Notes under the pieces: generated by a model
Database searches by the model: none
Told to the model about the DNA's origin: nothing
Seen by the model: the letters and a program-made list of their open reading frames with translations, nothing else
From: an uncultured Granulicella sp.
Lineage (GTDB): Bacteria > Acidobacteriota > Terriglobia > Terriglobales > Acidobacteriaceae
NCBI GenBank assembly: GCA_965213785.1
Contig: OZ243921.1
Span: forward strand, 913,959 to 977,958
Direction: 5' to 3'
Length of the DNA: 64,000 bases
Shown: piece by piece, positions 10,505 to 18,894 of the stretch
Numbering within the stretch: the first letter of the stretch is position 1
Layout: every line of letters starts with the position of its first letter
Program-made: the position numbers and the translations under genes

Positions 10505-10533
10505 TGGGAGATCACGCAACCATCCTGCCCGCC

Positions 10534-10562
10534 TTGAGTCTAATCAGGGTAGGTCGTATGCT
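10534..10562 (+). promoter_or_regulatory. Putative sigma70 promoter for the WXXGXW-repeat gene
   Basis: TTGAGT-N17-TATGCT, about 95 nt upstream of ATG 10657. Confidence 0.5.
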
Positions 10563-10656
10563 TACGGCACACGGTTCCGCACTCCATCCCGCATCCGCGT
10601 AAACCGGGGTTCTTCGCAGCGCCCGGCGAGACGAAGGATTCGGCATCAGGTTCGCT

Positions 10657-11799
10657 ATGCACAATGCCTTCCCTCGGCCAGTCTTCCGTCTTCCCAAAAG
10701 CTTGTTGACTGCCGCCGTGATTGCCACGGCGCTCCCGGCTTGCGCACTCGCCCAGGCGTACTCGATCCCTCCATCCTCGAACAACACCTACTCCATACCT
10801 CAGCCGTACAACAGCCAGGATCCGCAGAATTACACGAACCCGGCGGCGCGCGCTTACCAGGGCCAAGAGTTGCAGCGAGTAGATCCGAGTCAGCAGGGTG
10901 TCTACCCCAATGAACAGGGGGTGTATCCGGGACAGCAGCAGGACGCTCAGCAGCAGCAGGGCTATGGCGATGCCAGCCAGCAGCAGTATGCCGCCTCGTA
11001 CTCCGGGCAACAGCTTGTACAGGAACCGCCTCCGCCCCTGCCGGAGTACGACCAGCCCGAAGCTCCAGGGGATGGGTACCTCTGGACGCCGGGACGTTGG
11101 GCGTGGATAAACGGACGCTACGCGTGGGTTAACGGGCAGTGGGATCTGCCGCCTTACGAGGGAGCGTTGTACACGCCGGGGTACTGGGGCGATTACAACG
11201 GCGGATACTTCTGGAATGCTGGCTACTGGGGCCCGGTGGTAGGCTTCTACGGCGGCGTCAACTACGGCTTCGGCTACTTCGGGAGCGGGTTCTACGGCGG
11301 TTATTGGCGCGGCGGGCGCTTCTGCTACAACGGCCTCTACAACCATCTCGGGAGCGGTTTTCGCGGCGGCTACTACAACCAACGAGTGGGCAGCTACAAC
11401 CCTGGATATCACTTCGGCGGCGGCCGGGCATACACGACCGTCAACATCAATCGCGGGGTGGGGGGCGGCTATCGCGGCAGCCCGTCCTACGGAGCAAGAG
11501 GGTTCGCTTCCGGGCCGCAAGGGGTGCCCGGACAGTCCCGTGCTCCTTTCCAGGGCAACAGCCATGGCGTAACCGTCGTTCAGGGATCGGGTATCCGGAC
11601 CCAGGGTTTTGGCGGGCCGGGCCAGGGAAGCTTCCAGCGTGGCAGCACCAGTGGGCCGGTAGGGCAGAGTCATGTTCAGAGCTTCGGGGGGGCGGCCGGG
11701 GGTGGGTTTCATGGCGGAGCCTCCAGCGCGCCTGTGCACAGCAGCGGTGGCGCGATGGGGAACGGCGGCGGCGGAGCGCATGGCGGAGGGCATCGCTAG
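10657..11799 (+). CDS. Secreted YXWGXW/WXXGXW-repeat protein with Gln-rich and Gly-rich low-complexity tails
   Basis: Signal peptide, then PPPPLPEYDQPEAPGDGYLWTPGRWAW...YTPGYWG...FWNAGYWGPVVGFYGGVNYGFGY. Confidence 0.85.
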   Translation: MHNAFPRPVFRLPKSLLTAAVIATALPACALAQAYSIPPSSNNTYSIPQPYNSQDPQNYTNPAARAYQGQELQRVDPSQQGVYPNEQGVYPGQQQDAQQQQGYGDASQQQYAASYSGQQLVQEPPPPLPEYDQPEAPGDGYLWTPGRWAWINGRYAWVNGQWDLPPYEGALYTPGYWGDYNGGYFWNAGYWGPVVGFYGGVNYGFGYFGSGFYGGYWRGGRFCYNGLYNHLGSGFRGGYYNQRVGSYNPGYHFGGGRAYTTVNINRGVGGGYRGSPSYGARGFASGPQGVPGQSRAPFQGNSHGVTVVQGSGIRTQGFGGPGQGSFQRGSTSGPVGQSHVQSFGGAAGGGFHGGASSAPVHSSGGAMGNGGGGAHGGGHR

Positions 11800-11820
11800 C
11801 CGCACCATGGCGTGTGCCGT

Positions 11821-13191
11821 ATGAAGGGTGCGTATGGAAGTGCGCGCGGGGTGGCGGCGGCCCTGCGGGGGGCGGGGTTTGCGGCGTACTTCGCGGGGGG
11901 GTGCGTGCGGGACCTGCTGCTCGGGCGCAAGCCGGAGGACTACGACGTAGCGACCGCGGCAACTCCGGACGAGGTCATGGGGGTGTTCGCGCGGGTGGGG
12001 CGGCGGACGATGGCGGTGGGCGCACACTTCGGCGTGGTGCTGGTATGTGGGCAGGAGGATGAGGCATCCGTCGAGGTGGCCACCTTCCGGCACGATGGGG
12101 CTTACTCGGACGGGCGGCGGCCGGATGCGGTGCGGTTCTCGACCGATGCCCGGGAAGATGTGGCTCGGCGGGACTTTACCATCAACGGGATGCTGCTGGA
12201 TGTGGCCGCGTACGAGCGGAGTGGGGATCTTGCGGGTGCGGTGCTGGACTTTGTGGGGGGCCAGCAGGACTTAGCGGACGGCGTAGTGCGTGCGATCGGC
12301 GATCCCGCGATTCGGTTCAGTGAAGATAAGCTGCGGATGCTGCGAGGGGTTCGCTTCGCGGCGCGGCTGGGGTTCCGGATGGAGGAGGGGACGTTTGCGG
12401 CGATCAAGGCCCATGCGGGGGAGATCGGGCAGGTGAGCTGCGAACGAATTCGCGATGAGTTGACGCGGATGTTGACGGAGGGGGTGGCGGGGGGGGCGTT
12501 CGAGCTGATGGGGGGCACGGGGTTGCTGGAGGAGGTGCTGCCGGAGGTCATGCGGATGCGGGGGGTGGAGCAGCCGGCGGAGTTCCATCCGGAGGGGGAC
12601 GTGTGGGTGCATACCATGATGATGCTGGGGATGCTGCCGGCGGGGTGTCCGGCGACGCTGGCGTGGGGGACCCTGCTGCACGACGTGGGGAAGCCGGCTA
12701 CGTTCCAGGCTCCGCAAGGGCCGGGCGACAGGATACGGTTCAACGGGCATGTGGAGGTGGGGGTGAGGATCGCCGAGGTGGTGCTGGCGCGGCTGCGGTT
12801 CTCGGGGGAGGAGACGGAGCAGATCCTGGCGCTGGTGCGGAACCACATGCGGTTCGGGGATGTCGGGCGGATGAAGCGGTCGACGCTGACGCGGTTCCTG
12901 CGGATGCCGCGGTTTGAGGAGCACCTGGCGCTGCACCGGATGGATTGCTTGTGCTCGCACGGGAGCTTGGGGATGTATGAGTTGGCGAAGCGGGAGTTTG
13001 AGGCGGCCCCGGTGGAGGTGCTGCGGCCCGTGTTGCTGGTGACCGGGAGGGACTTGATCGCTGCCGGATACCGGCCGGGGCCGCGGTTCAAAGAAATGTT
13101 GGTGGCCGCCGAGGATGCTCAGTTGGAGGGGGCGATCGCGACCACGGCGGAGGGGCTGGCGGTGGTGAGGGAGCGGTTTGGGCAGGGTTGA
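11821..13191 (+). CDS. cca: CCA tRNA nucleotidyltransferase / poly(A) polymerase family with HD domain
   Basis: GGCVRDLLLG..DYDVAT, RRDFTINGM, EDKLRMLRGVRF, FHPEGDVWVHT and LLHDVGKP. Confidence 0.9.
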   Translation: MKGAYGSARGVAAALRGAGFAAYFAGGCVRDLLLGRKPEDYDVATAATPDEVMGVFARVGRRTMAVGAHFGVVLVCGQEDEASVEVATFRHDGAYSDGRRPDAVRFSTDAREDVARRDFTINGMLLDVAAYERSGDLAGAVLDFVGGQQDLADGVVRAIGDPAIRFSEDKLRMLRGVRFAARLGFRMEEGTFAAIKAHAGEIGQVSCERIRDELTRMLTEGVAGGAFELMGGTGLLEEVLPEVMRMRGVEQPAEFHPEGDVWVHTMMMLGMLPAGCPATLAWGTLLHDVGKPATFQAPQGPGDRIRFNGHVEVGVRIAEVVLARLRFSGEETEQILALVRNHMRFGDVGRMKRSTLTRFLRMPRFEEHLALHRMDCLCSHGSLGMYELAKREFEAAPVEVLRPVLLVTGRDLIAAGYRPGPRFKEMLVAAEDAQLEGAIATTAEGLAVVRERFGQG

Positions 13192-13291
13192 GGCTTCCGC
13201 TCGTGCGGGATGCCCCCCCTATACTTAGGTCCCAAAGTACGTCGAACAAAGAGCTTAGGTCTGGACCTGGTCTGGGTCCGGCTTAAACAGG

Positions 13292-13325
13292 ACAGTCCGG
13301 CTGGGGAGCCGGACTGTTGCTTTTC
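13292..13325 (+). terminator. Rho-independent terminator after cca
   Basis: Perfect 11-bp stem ACAGTCCGGCT-GGGG-AGCCGGACTGT followed by TGCTTTTCT. Confidence 0.7.
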
Positions 13326-13409
13326 TACTTCTTCTATTGTATCGCCCGTGTCAAGCGACGTGTCTTGCCGAGTGGGCTCCTGCTGCATCAACATGCCCGC
13401 TTTACAAAG

Positions 13410-13454
13410 TAAGACTGATATGGTCCTATAAATCTACGACTGAAACAGTCCTAG
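13410..13454. promoter_or_regulatory. Two related 19-bp palindromic operator-like boxes upstream of the iron-uptake receptor
   Basis: TAAGACTGATATGGTCCTA (13410-13428) and TACGACTGAAACAGTCCTA (13435-13453) are 15/19 identical. The second has a perfect GACTG-N3-CAGTC core. Confidence 0.55.
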
Positions 13455-13482
13455 ATATGCGGGCGGAGCGCCCGAGGAGCGG

Positions 13483-16080
13483 ATGCCGATGAAGTGCGCG
13501 AAGATTGAGGCGGTGTTGAGGAAGAAGCGGCGTGGGGCCGGAGCAGGAGCGTTCAAACTGCGGGGCGGGTGGTTGACGGCGGGAACGCTGGCGGCGGTTG
13601 CGACGATGGCGGCGGGGGTGGCGGCGCGCGCCGCGGTCCCAGAGAAGGTGGGGGTTGCGGAGCAGACGACTCCGGAGGCGAATCTCCCGGTGCGGCGGTT
13701 CAGCATTCCGGCGGGGGGGCTGGACGAGGCGCTGCGGCGGTTCGAGACGGCCTCCGGGCTGACCTTGAAGCTGACCGTGCCGAGCGGGACGCTGGCTGGG
13801 TTCCGGACGCCGGGAGTCTCGGGGTTGCTGGGGGCGGGGGATGCTCTCCAAAGGCTGCTGGCCGGGACGGGGCTGAGCTTCCGGCTGGATGGTGGGGCGA
13901 CGCTGGTGGTGGGACTGCAGGCGACGGCGGAGGCGACGGTGACGGCGGAGGCGGCAATGCCCTTGAGCCGATTTACGGAGGCTTTGACGGAGACGCCGCA
14001 GACGATCACGGCGGTCCCTCAGTTTGTGCTGAAGGAGCAGGCGGTGACGACGCTGCGGGAGACGCTGCGGAACGTTCCGGGGATCAGCCTGGCGGCAGGC
14101 GAGGCGGGCGCGCAGGGGGACAACCTGACGATCCGGGGCTTTTCGGCGCGCAACGACATTTTCCTGGATGGCATTCGGGATTTTGGGAGCTACTACCGGG
14201 ACTCGTTCAACTATGAGCAGGTGGAGGCGCTGGAGGGTCCGGCGGGGATCGAGTTTGGGCGTGGATCGACGGGTGGGGTGATCAACCAGGAGAGCAAGGT
14301 TCCCGAGGAGCGGCAGTTTGTGACGGGCGGGGTGACGCTGGGGACCGACCTGACGCGGCGGGTGACGATAGATGTAAACCGGCCGCTCGGGCACCTGGGG
14401 AATGGGGCTCCCGTGCTGGCGCGGCTGAACGTGATGGGCGACGCGGCGAATGTGGCCGGGCGGGACGTGGTGGAGAATAAGCGGTTCGGGGTGGCGCCGT
14501 CGTTGAGTTTTGGGCGGGGGACGCCCACACGGGTAACGCTGAGCTACCTGCACCAGGGGGAGGACGATGTTCCGGACTACGGGATCCCGTGGCTGCTGAA
14601 CAAGCCCTCCGGGGCGGCGCGGAGTGCGTACTTCGGGTTCCAGCGCGGGAACTTTCTGCGGACGCAGGACGACATTCTGACCGCCAAGCTGGAGCACGAT
14701 GTGAACGAACACGTGAGCCTGCGGAGCCTGACGCGCTTTGCGAACTACCCGCGGACCGCGCAGATTACAGAGCCGCAGGTTTGCTCGAACGGCGCGATTT
14801 CGACGGCTCCGGCGACGTATGGGCGGCTGCTGGCGCCGACGTCCTCGCTGAACGCGGCAATGCTTTGCCCGTATAACGGCGCGACCGACCCTGCCACGGT
14901 GATGGTGAACCGGAACCAGATTGCGGTGAAGAGCGCGGAGAACGACCTGTGGCAGCAGGATGAGGCGATTCTTCACTTCAAGGTGTTGGGGGTGGCGCAG
15001 GCGATCGTGGTGGGAGCCGAGGGTGGACGGGAGATGTCGAACCCGACGCGGTACACCTTTACCGGGGTTCCGGCGGCGACGCTGGTGAACCCGAACGAGG
15101 GGCTCGCGTTCAGCGGGACGAAAAACCTGAGCACGGTGACGCATGTGGCGGCGGATTCCGGCGGGATTTACTTTATCGATACGGTGAAGCTGGGGCGGTA
15201 CCTGGATGTGACGGGCGGGGTGCGGTACGACTACTTCTACACGCAGCAACGGCAGTACACGGCGAGCACGCAGGCGAACGTCTTTCTTTCGCGGATCGAC
15301 AAGAAGCCGACGTACCGGGCGGCGCTGGTATTGAAGCCGAACCAGCATGGGAGCGTGTACTTCGACTATGGGACGAGCTTCAATCCTTCGGCGGAGTCGC
15401 TGTCGCTTTCGGCCTCGAACACGGTGCTGCCCCCTGAGGAGAACGAGACGTACGAGGTGGGGTCGAAGTGGGATATGCTGCGCGGGCGGCTGACGCTGGC
15501 GGGAGCGCTGTTCCGGACGGTGAAGAACAATGCGCGGGAGAGCTCGCCGGCGAACTCGCTGATCACGGTGCTGGCGGGAAACCAGGAGGTAAAGGGCGCG
15601 CAGATGGCCGTGACCGGGCGGCTGGCGACGGGATTCGATGTGCTGGCGGGGTACGCGTACCTCGACAGCAAGGTGATTGCCTCGCAGTTTTACCCGAACG
15701 CGGTGGGGGCTCCGCTGGCGAACGTTCCGCGGCAGACCTTCAACGCGTGGCTGACGCATAATCTTGGGCTGCGGATCGTAGGTGGCTTTGGCGGGAACTA
15801 TGTGGCGTCGCGGACGGCGAGCTCGACGATTCCGTACGTGGCGACGGCGTGGACCGGGACGACCCCGGCGAATGCGGTGGTGACGGCGAGCGCGTTGAAG
15901 CAGGTTCCGGGGTACTGGGCGTTCAACGGGGTGCTGCGGCGGCCGATCGGCGAACGGTTCGAGGCGCAGGTGAACATGAACAACCTGCTGAATCGCGCGT
16001 TTATCGATGAGCCGCACCCAAGCCACCTGGTTCCGGGGGCGGGGCGGAGCGCGTTGTTCGGGGTCAATTACAAGTTCTAG
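13483..16080 (+). CDS. TonB-dependent siderophore receptor (Fiu/PiuA-like) with N-terminal STN-like extension
   Basis: [15 protein letters not shown]-like segment, [11 protein letters not shown] plug, [17 protein letters not shown] and C-terminal VNYKF. Confidence 0.92.
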   Translation: MPMKCAKIEAVLRKKRRGAGAGAFKLRGGWLTAGTLAAVATMAAGVAARAAVPEKVGVAEQTTPEANLPVRRFSIPAGGLDEALRRFETASGLTLKLTVPSGTLAGFRTPGVSGLLGAGDALQRLLAGTGLSFRLDGGATLVVGLQATAEATVTAEAAMPLSRFTEALTETPQTITAVPQFVLKEQAVTTLRETLRNVPGISLAAGEAGAQGDNLTIRGFSARNDIFLDGIRDFGSYYRDSFNYEQVEALEGPAGIEFGRGSTGGVINQESKVPEERQFVTGGVTLGTDLTRRVTIDVNRPLGHLGNGAPVLARLNVMGDAANVAGRDVVENKRFGVAPSLSFGRGTPTRVTLSYLHQGEDDVPDYGIPWLLNKPSGAARSAYFGFQRGNFLRTQDDILTAKLEHDVNEHVSLRSLTRFANYPRTAQITEPQVCSNGAISTAPATYGRLLAPTSSLNAAMLCPYNGATDPATVMVNRNQIAVKSAENDLWQQDEAILHFKVLGVAQAIVVGAEGGREMSNPTRYTFTGVPAATLVNPNEGLAFSGTKNLSTVTHVAADSGGIYFIDTVKLGRYLDVTGGVRYDYFYTQQRQYTASTQANVFLSRIDKKPTYRAALVLKPNQHGSVYFDYGTSFNPSAESLSLSASNTVLPPEENETYEVGSKWDMLRGRLTLAGALFRTVKNNARESSPANSLITVLAGNQEVKGAQMAVTGRLATGFDVLAGYAYLDSKVIASQFYPNAVGAPLANVPRQTFNAWLTHNLGLRIVGGFGGNYVASRTASSTIPYVATAWTGTTPANAVVTASALKQVPGYWAFNGVLRRPIGERFEAQVNMNNLLNRAFIDEPHPSHLVPGAGRSALFGVNYKF

Positions 16081-16097
16081 TTCCGAGGGAGCGTTCC

Positions 16098-16778
16098 ATG
16101 CTGTTGCGTATTGCGGATGTATTGACGGCGGAGCAGGTGGGGGAGGCGCGGCGTGTGCTGGCCGCAGCCTCCTGGGTGGATGGGCGCATTACCGCGGGCT
16201 ACCAGGCGCAGGAGGTGAAGCGGAACCAGCAGATTCCAGAGGGAAGCGAGGTGGCGCGGACGCTGGGGGAGATGGTGCTGGGCGGGCTGGCGCGGAGTCA
16301 GCGGTTTATGTCGGCGGCGCTTCCGCTGCGGGTGTTTCCCCCGATGTTCAACCGCTACGGCGTGGGGGAGACGTTTGGGACGCACGTGGATACGGCGATC
16401 CGGCAGGTGGCGGCAACGGGGCAGAGGATCCGGACGGACCTTTCGGCGACGGTGTTTCTGACGGCCCCGGAGGAGTACGACGGAGGAGAGCTGGTGGTGG
16501 AGGATGCATACGGGGCGCACGCGGTGAAGCTGCCGGCGGGGCACATGGTGCTGTATCCGGCGACGAGCCTGCACCGGGTGGAGCCGGTGACGCGGGGGGC
16601 GCGGGTGAGCAGCTTCTTTTGGATCCAGAGCATGGTGCGGGACGATGGGCAAAGGACGCTGCTGTTCGACCTGGATACGGGGATCCAGCGGCTTGCCCCG
16701 GTGGCCGAGGCGAAGGAGACGGCGGTGCAACTGACCGGGGTGTACCATAACCTGCTGCGGCAATGGGCGGAGATGTAG
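16098..16778 (+). CDS. piuC: Fe(II)/2OG-dependent PKHD-type hydroxylase (PiuC/YbiX)
   Basis: [47 protein letters not shown] and [10 protein letters not shown]. Confidence 0.93.
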   Translation: MLLRIADVLTAEQVGEARRVLAAASWVDGRITAGYQAQEVKRNQQIPEGSEVARTLGEMVLGGLARSQRFMSAALPLRVFPPMFNRYGVGETFGTHVDTAIRQVAATGQRIRTDLSATVFLTAPEEYDGGELVVEDAYGAHAVKLPAGHMVLYPATSLHRVEPVTRGARVSSFFWIQSMVRDDGQRTLLFDLDTGIQRLAPVAEAKETAVQLTGVYHNLLRQWAEM

Positions 16779-16802
16779 AGCGGTTTTGTTGGTGGGTTCA
16801 CG

Positions 16803-17411
16803 TTGATGGGGCACTCTGGGGAGATGACGCGACGGTCGATGCTGCGATGGCTATGGGGGTTGGCGCTGGTGCCAACTACCCTGGGTGGTGCCTGGGGCCA
16901 GGGACCGGAGGCCAGGCCTCCGGCGGTGGTTTACCTGATCCGCCATGCGGAGAAGCTGACGGATGGGCGAGAGGACCTGTCGGAGAAGGGATTCGCGCGG
17001 GCGCAGGTGCTGGTGCGGATGTTTGTTCCGGCTGCAGGGGAGGAGCGGGTGCCGCTGCTGAAGCCTGAGGTGGTGTTTGCGACGCACCGAAGCGCGCACT
17101 CCAACCGGCCGGTGGAGACGGTGACCCCGCTGGCGGAGGCCCTGGGGCTGCCGGTGGAGAGCGATGTGTTGAACGAGGAGTATGGGGTGCTGGCCTCGCG
17201 GCTGCTGGGCGGAGCGTACGCGGGAAAGGTGGTGCTGGTGAGCTGGCACCATGGAAAGATTCCCGCGCTGACGCGGGCGCTGGGGGCGGTGCCGCCGTAT
17301 GAGCCGTGGCCGGAGGGGCAGTTCGACCGCGTGTGGAGGATCGTGTGGGTGGGAGGGAAGGCGAGTGTAACGGATATGCCGGAGGGTGTGATGGCCGGCG
17401 ATTCGAAGTAG
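16803..17411 (+). CDS. Histidine-phosphatase (SixA/PGM-like) family protein with Tat-like signal
   Basis: TRRSML twin-arginine-like leader; YLIRHAEK, SNRPVETVTPLA and LVSWHHGKIP. Confidence 0.8.
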   Translation: MMGHSGEMTRRSMLRWLWGLALVPTTLGGAWGQGPEARPPAVVYLIRHAEKLTDGREDLSEKGFARAQVLVRMFVPAAGEERVPLLKPEVVFATHRSAHSNRPVETVTPLAEALGLPVESDVLNEEYGVLASRLLGGAYAGKVVLVSWHHGKIPALTRALGAVPPYEPWPEGQFDRVWRIVWVGGKASVTDMPEGVMAGDSK

Positions 17412-17502
17412 GTGCGTGGGGTGCGTTCCGGCAGGTGGAGAGGGACGACGAAGCAAGGAGACCCGGGAGGGCACCTGGCGAGCGGAGAAGGAGCCGTCGC
17501 GG

Positions 17503-18474
17503 CTAAACGGCGGCTGCTTGCGCGCGCCTTGCGCGGGCGGCGGTGACGGTGTTTTGCATGAGCATGGCGATGGTGAGGGCACCGACGCCTCCGGGGACGG
17601 GGGTGTAGGCGCTCGACAGAGCGAAGGCGGCGGGGTGGATGTCGCCGACGACGGTGGAACCACGTTTGGCGAAGAGGGCGGCGCGGGCCTGGTCGCCGGG
17701 AAAGAAGCGGGCGACTTCGGCGGGGTCGGTGAGGCGATTGATGCCGACGTCGATGAGGGTGGCACCGGGTTTGACCATGTCGGGGGTGACGAAGCCGGGG
17801 CGGCCTATGGCGGCGACGAGGATGTCTGCCTGGCGGGTGATGGCGGGCAGGTCGACGGTGCGGGAGTGGCAGACGGTGACGGTGGCGGAGGCATTGAGGA
17901 GCATGGACGCGGCGGGTTTGCCGACGATGTCGGAGCGGCCGAGGACGACGGCGTTCTTGCCCGCGATGGGAATGTTGGAGCGGCGAAGGATCTCCATGAT
18001 GCCGGCGGGGGTGCAGGGGGCGAGGGCGAGCTTGCCGGATTTGCTTGCGGCTGCGCCGTTGTAGCCTTCGGCGAGTAAACGGCCGGCGTTGATGGGGTGG
18101 AAGCCGTCGACGTCCTTCGCGGGGGAGACGGCTTCGAGGAGGCGGCGGGTGTCGACGTGGGCGGGCAGCGGGAGCTGGATGAGGATGCCGTCGATGTCGT
18201 CGCGGGCGTTGAGTTCCGCGACGAGGGCGAGCATTTCGCCGGTGGTGATGGTATCGGGGGGCGTGAGCATCTCGGAGAAGATGCCGAGTTCACCGCAGGT
18301 CTTGACCTTGGAGCGAACGTAGATCTCTGAGGCGGCGACGTGGCCGACGAGGATGACGGCGAGGCCTGGGGTGATGCCGTGGCGGCCCAGAGCGCGGACC
18401 TGCTCGGCGACCTCGGCCTTGATGCCGGCGGCGAGGGCGATGCCGTCGAGGATGTGTGGAGTGGGATGGCTCAT
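17503..18474 (-). CDS. folD: Methylenetetrahydrofolate dehydrogenase/cyclohydrolase
   Basis: PGLAVILVG, YVRSK, ILIQLPLP, KDVDGFHP, PCTPAG, GRSDIVGKP and TPVPGGVGALT. Confidence 0.97.
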   Translation of the reverse strand: MSHPTPHILDGIALAAGIKAEVAEQVRALGRHGITPGLAVILVGHVAASEIYVRSKVKTCGELGIFSEMLTPPDTITTGEMLALVAELNARDDIDGILIQLPLPAHVDTRRLLEAVSPAKDVDGFHPINAGRLLAEGYNGAAASKSGKLALAPCTPAGIMEILRRSNIPIAGKNAVVLGRSDIVGKPAASMLLNASATVTVCHSRTVDLPAITRQADILVAAIGRPGFVTPDMVKPGATLIDVGINRLTDPAEVARFFPGDQARAALFAKRGSTVVGDIHPAAFALSSAYTPVPGGVGALTIAMLMQNTVTAARARRAQAAAV

Positions 18475-18636
18475 GCTGGCTTTATGGTATCGCGCCATGG
18501 AAAGTGGCCCAAAAGTGGTATGGGGTCATTGTGGATTGCCTGCGAAGGCTACAACCCTGCGCCGGGGCCGGCGTCCTATGTCACAGAGTATATGAAGGTA
18601 GGTAGAGATTTGGCACCGTGTAGAAGGTGAGGGCAG

Positions 18637-18876
18637 ATGAAAGAGTATGCGATGGAGAAGTTCCCGATGGCCGACCTGACGGACCTGCGGAGCGAGTTGA
18701 TGCAGAGTGGGCTGGACTCCTGGCAGGCGGCGGAGCTGATCAGCAGTTTTCTGGTGGCGCGGGGGTATGGGGTCTCGAACGAGGACGCGCGGGACGTGGC
18801 GGCGCGCAGTGAGTTGGTGGGATGTCCGCTGGCGCATATGCAGAAGCATCTGGAGCGGATCGCTTACGTCATGTAG
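18637..18876 (+). CDS. Small hypothetical protein (79 aa)
   Basis: GAGG RBS; ordered helical-looking sequence (LRSELMQSGLDSWQAAELISSFLVARGYGVS); codon use matches neighbours. Confidence 0.7.
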   Translation: MKEYAMEKFPMADLTDLRSELMQSGLDSWQAAELISSFLVARGYGVSNEDARDVAARSELVGCPLAHMQKHLERIAYVM

Positions 18877-18894
18877 CGGGCTGGGTCGCGGAAG

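Noticed and set aside
13426-16026. 866-aa Arg/Pro/His-rich minus ORF, and similar ones (10540-12093, 19291-21117, 26235-28220, 37681-39264, 50417-52462, 56731-58539, 57669-60020)
   Set aside because: Off-frame or antisense products of well-supported genes, with low-complexity composition.
18480-18636. ZTP (pfl) riboswitch upstream of folD
   Set aside because: Expected by pathway logic, but conserved ZTP motifs were not found.
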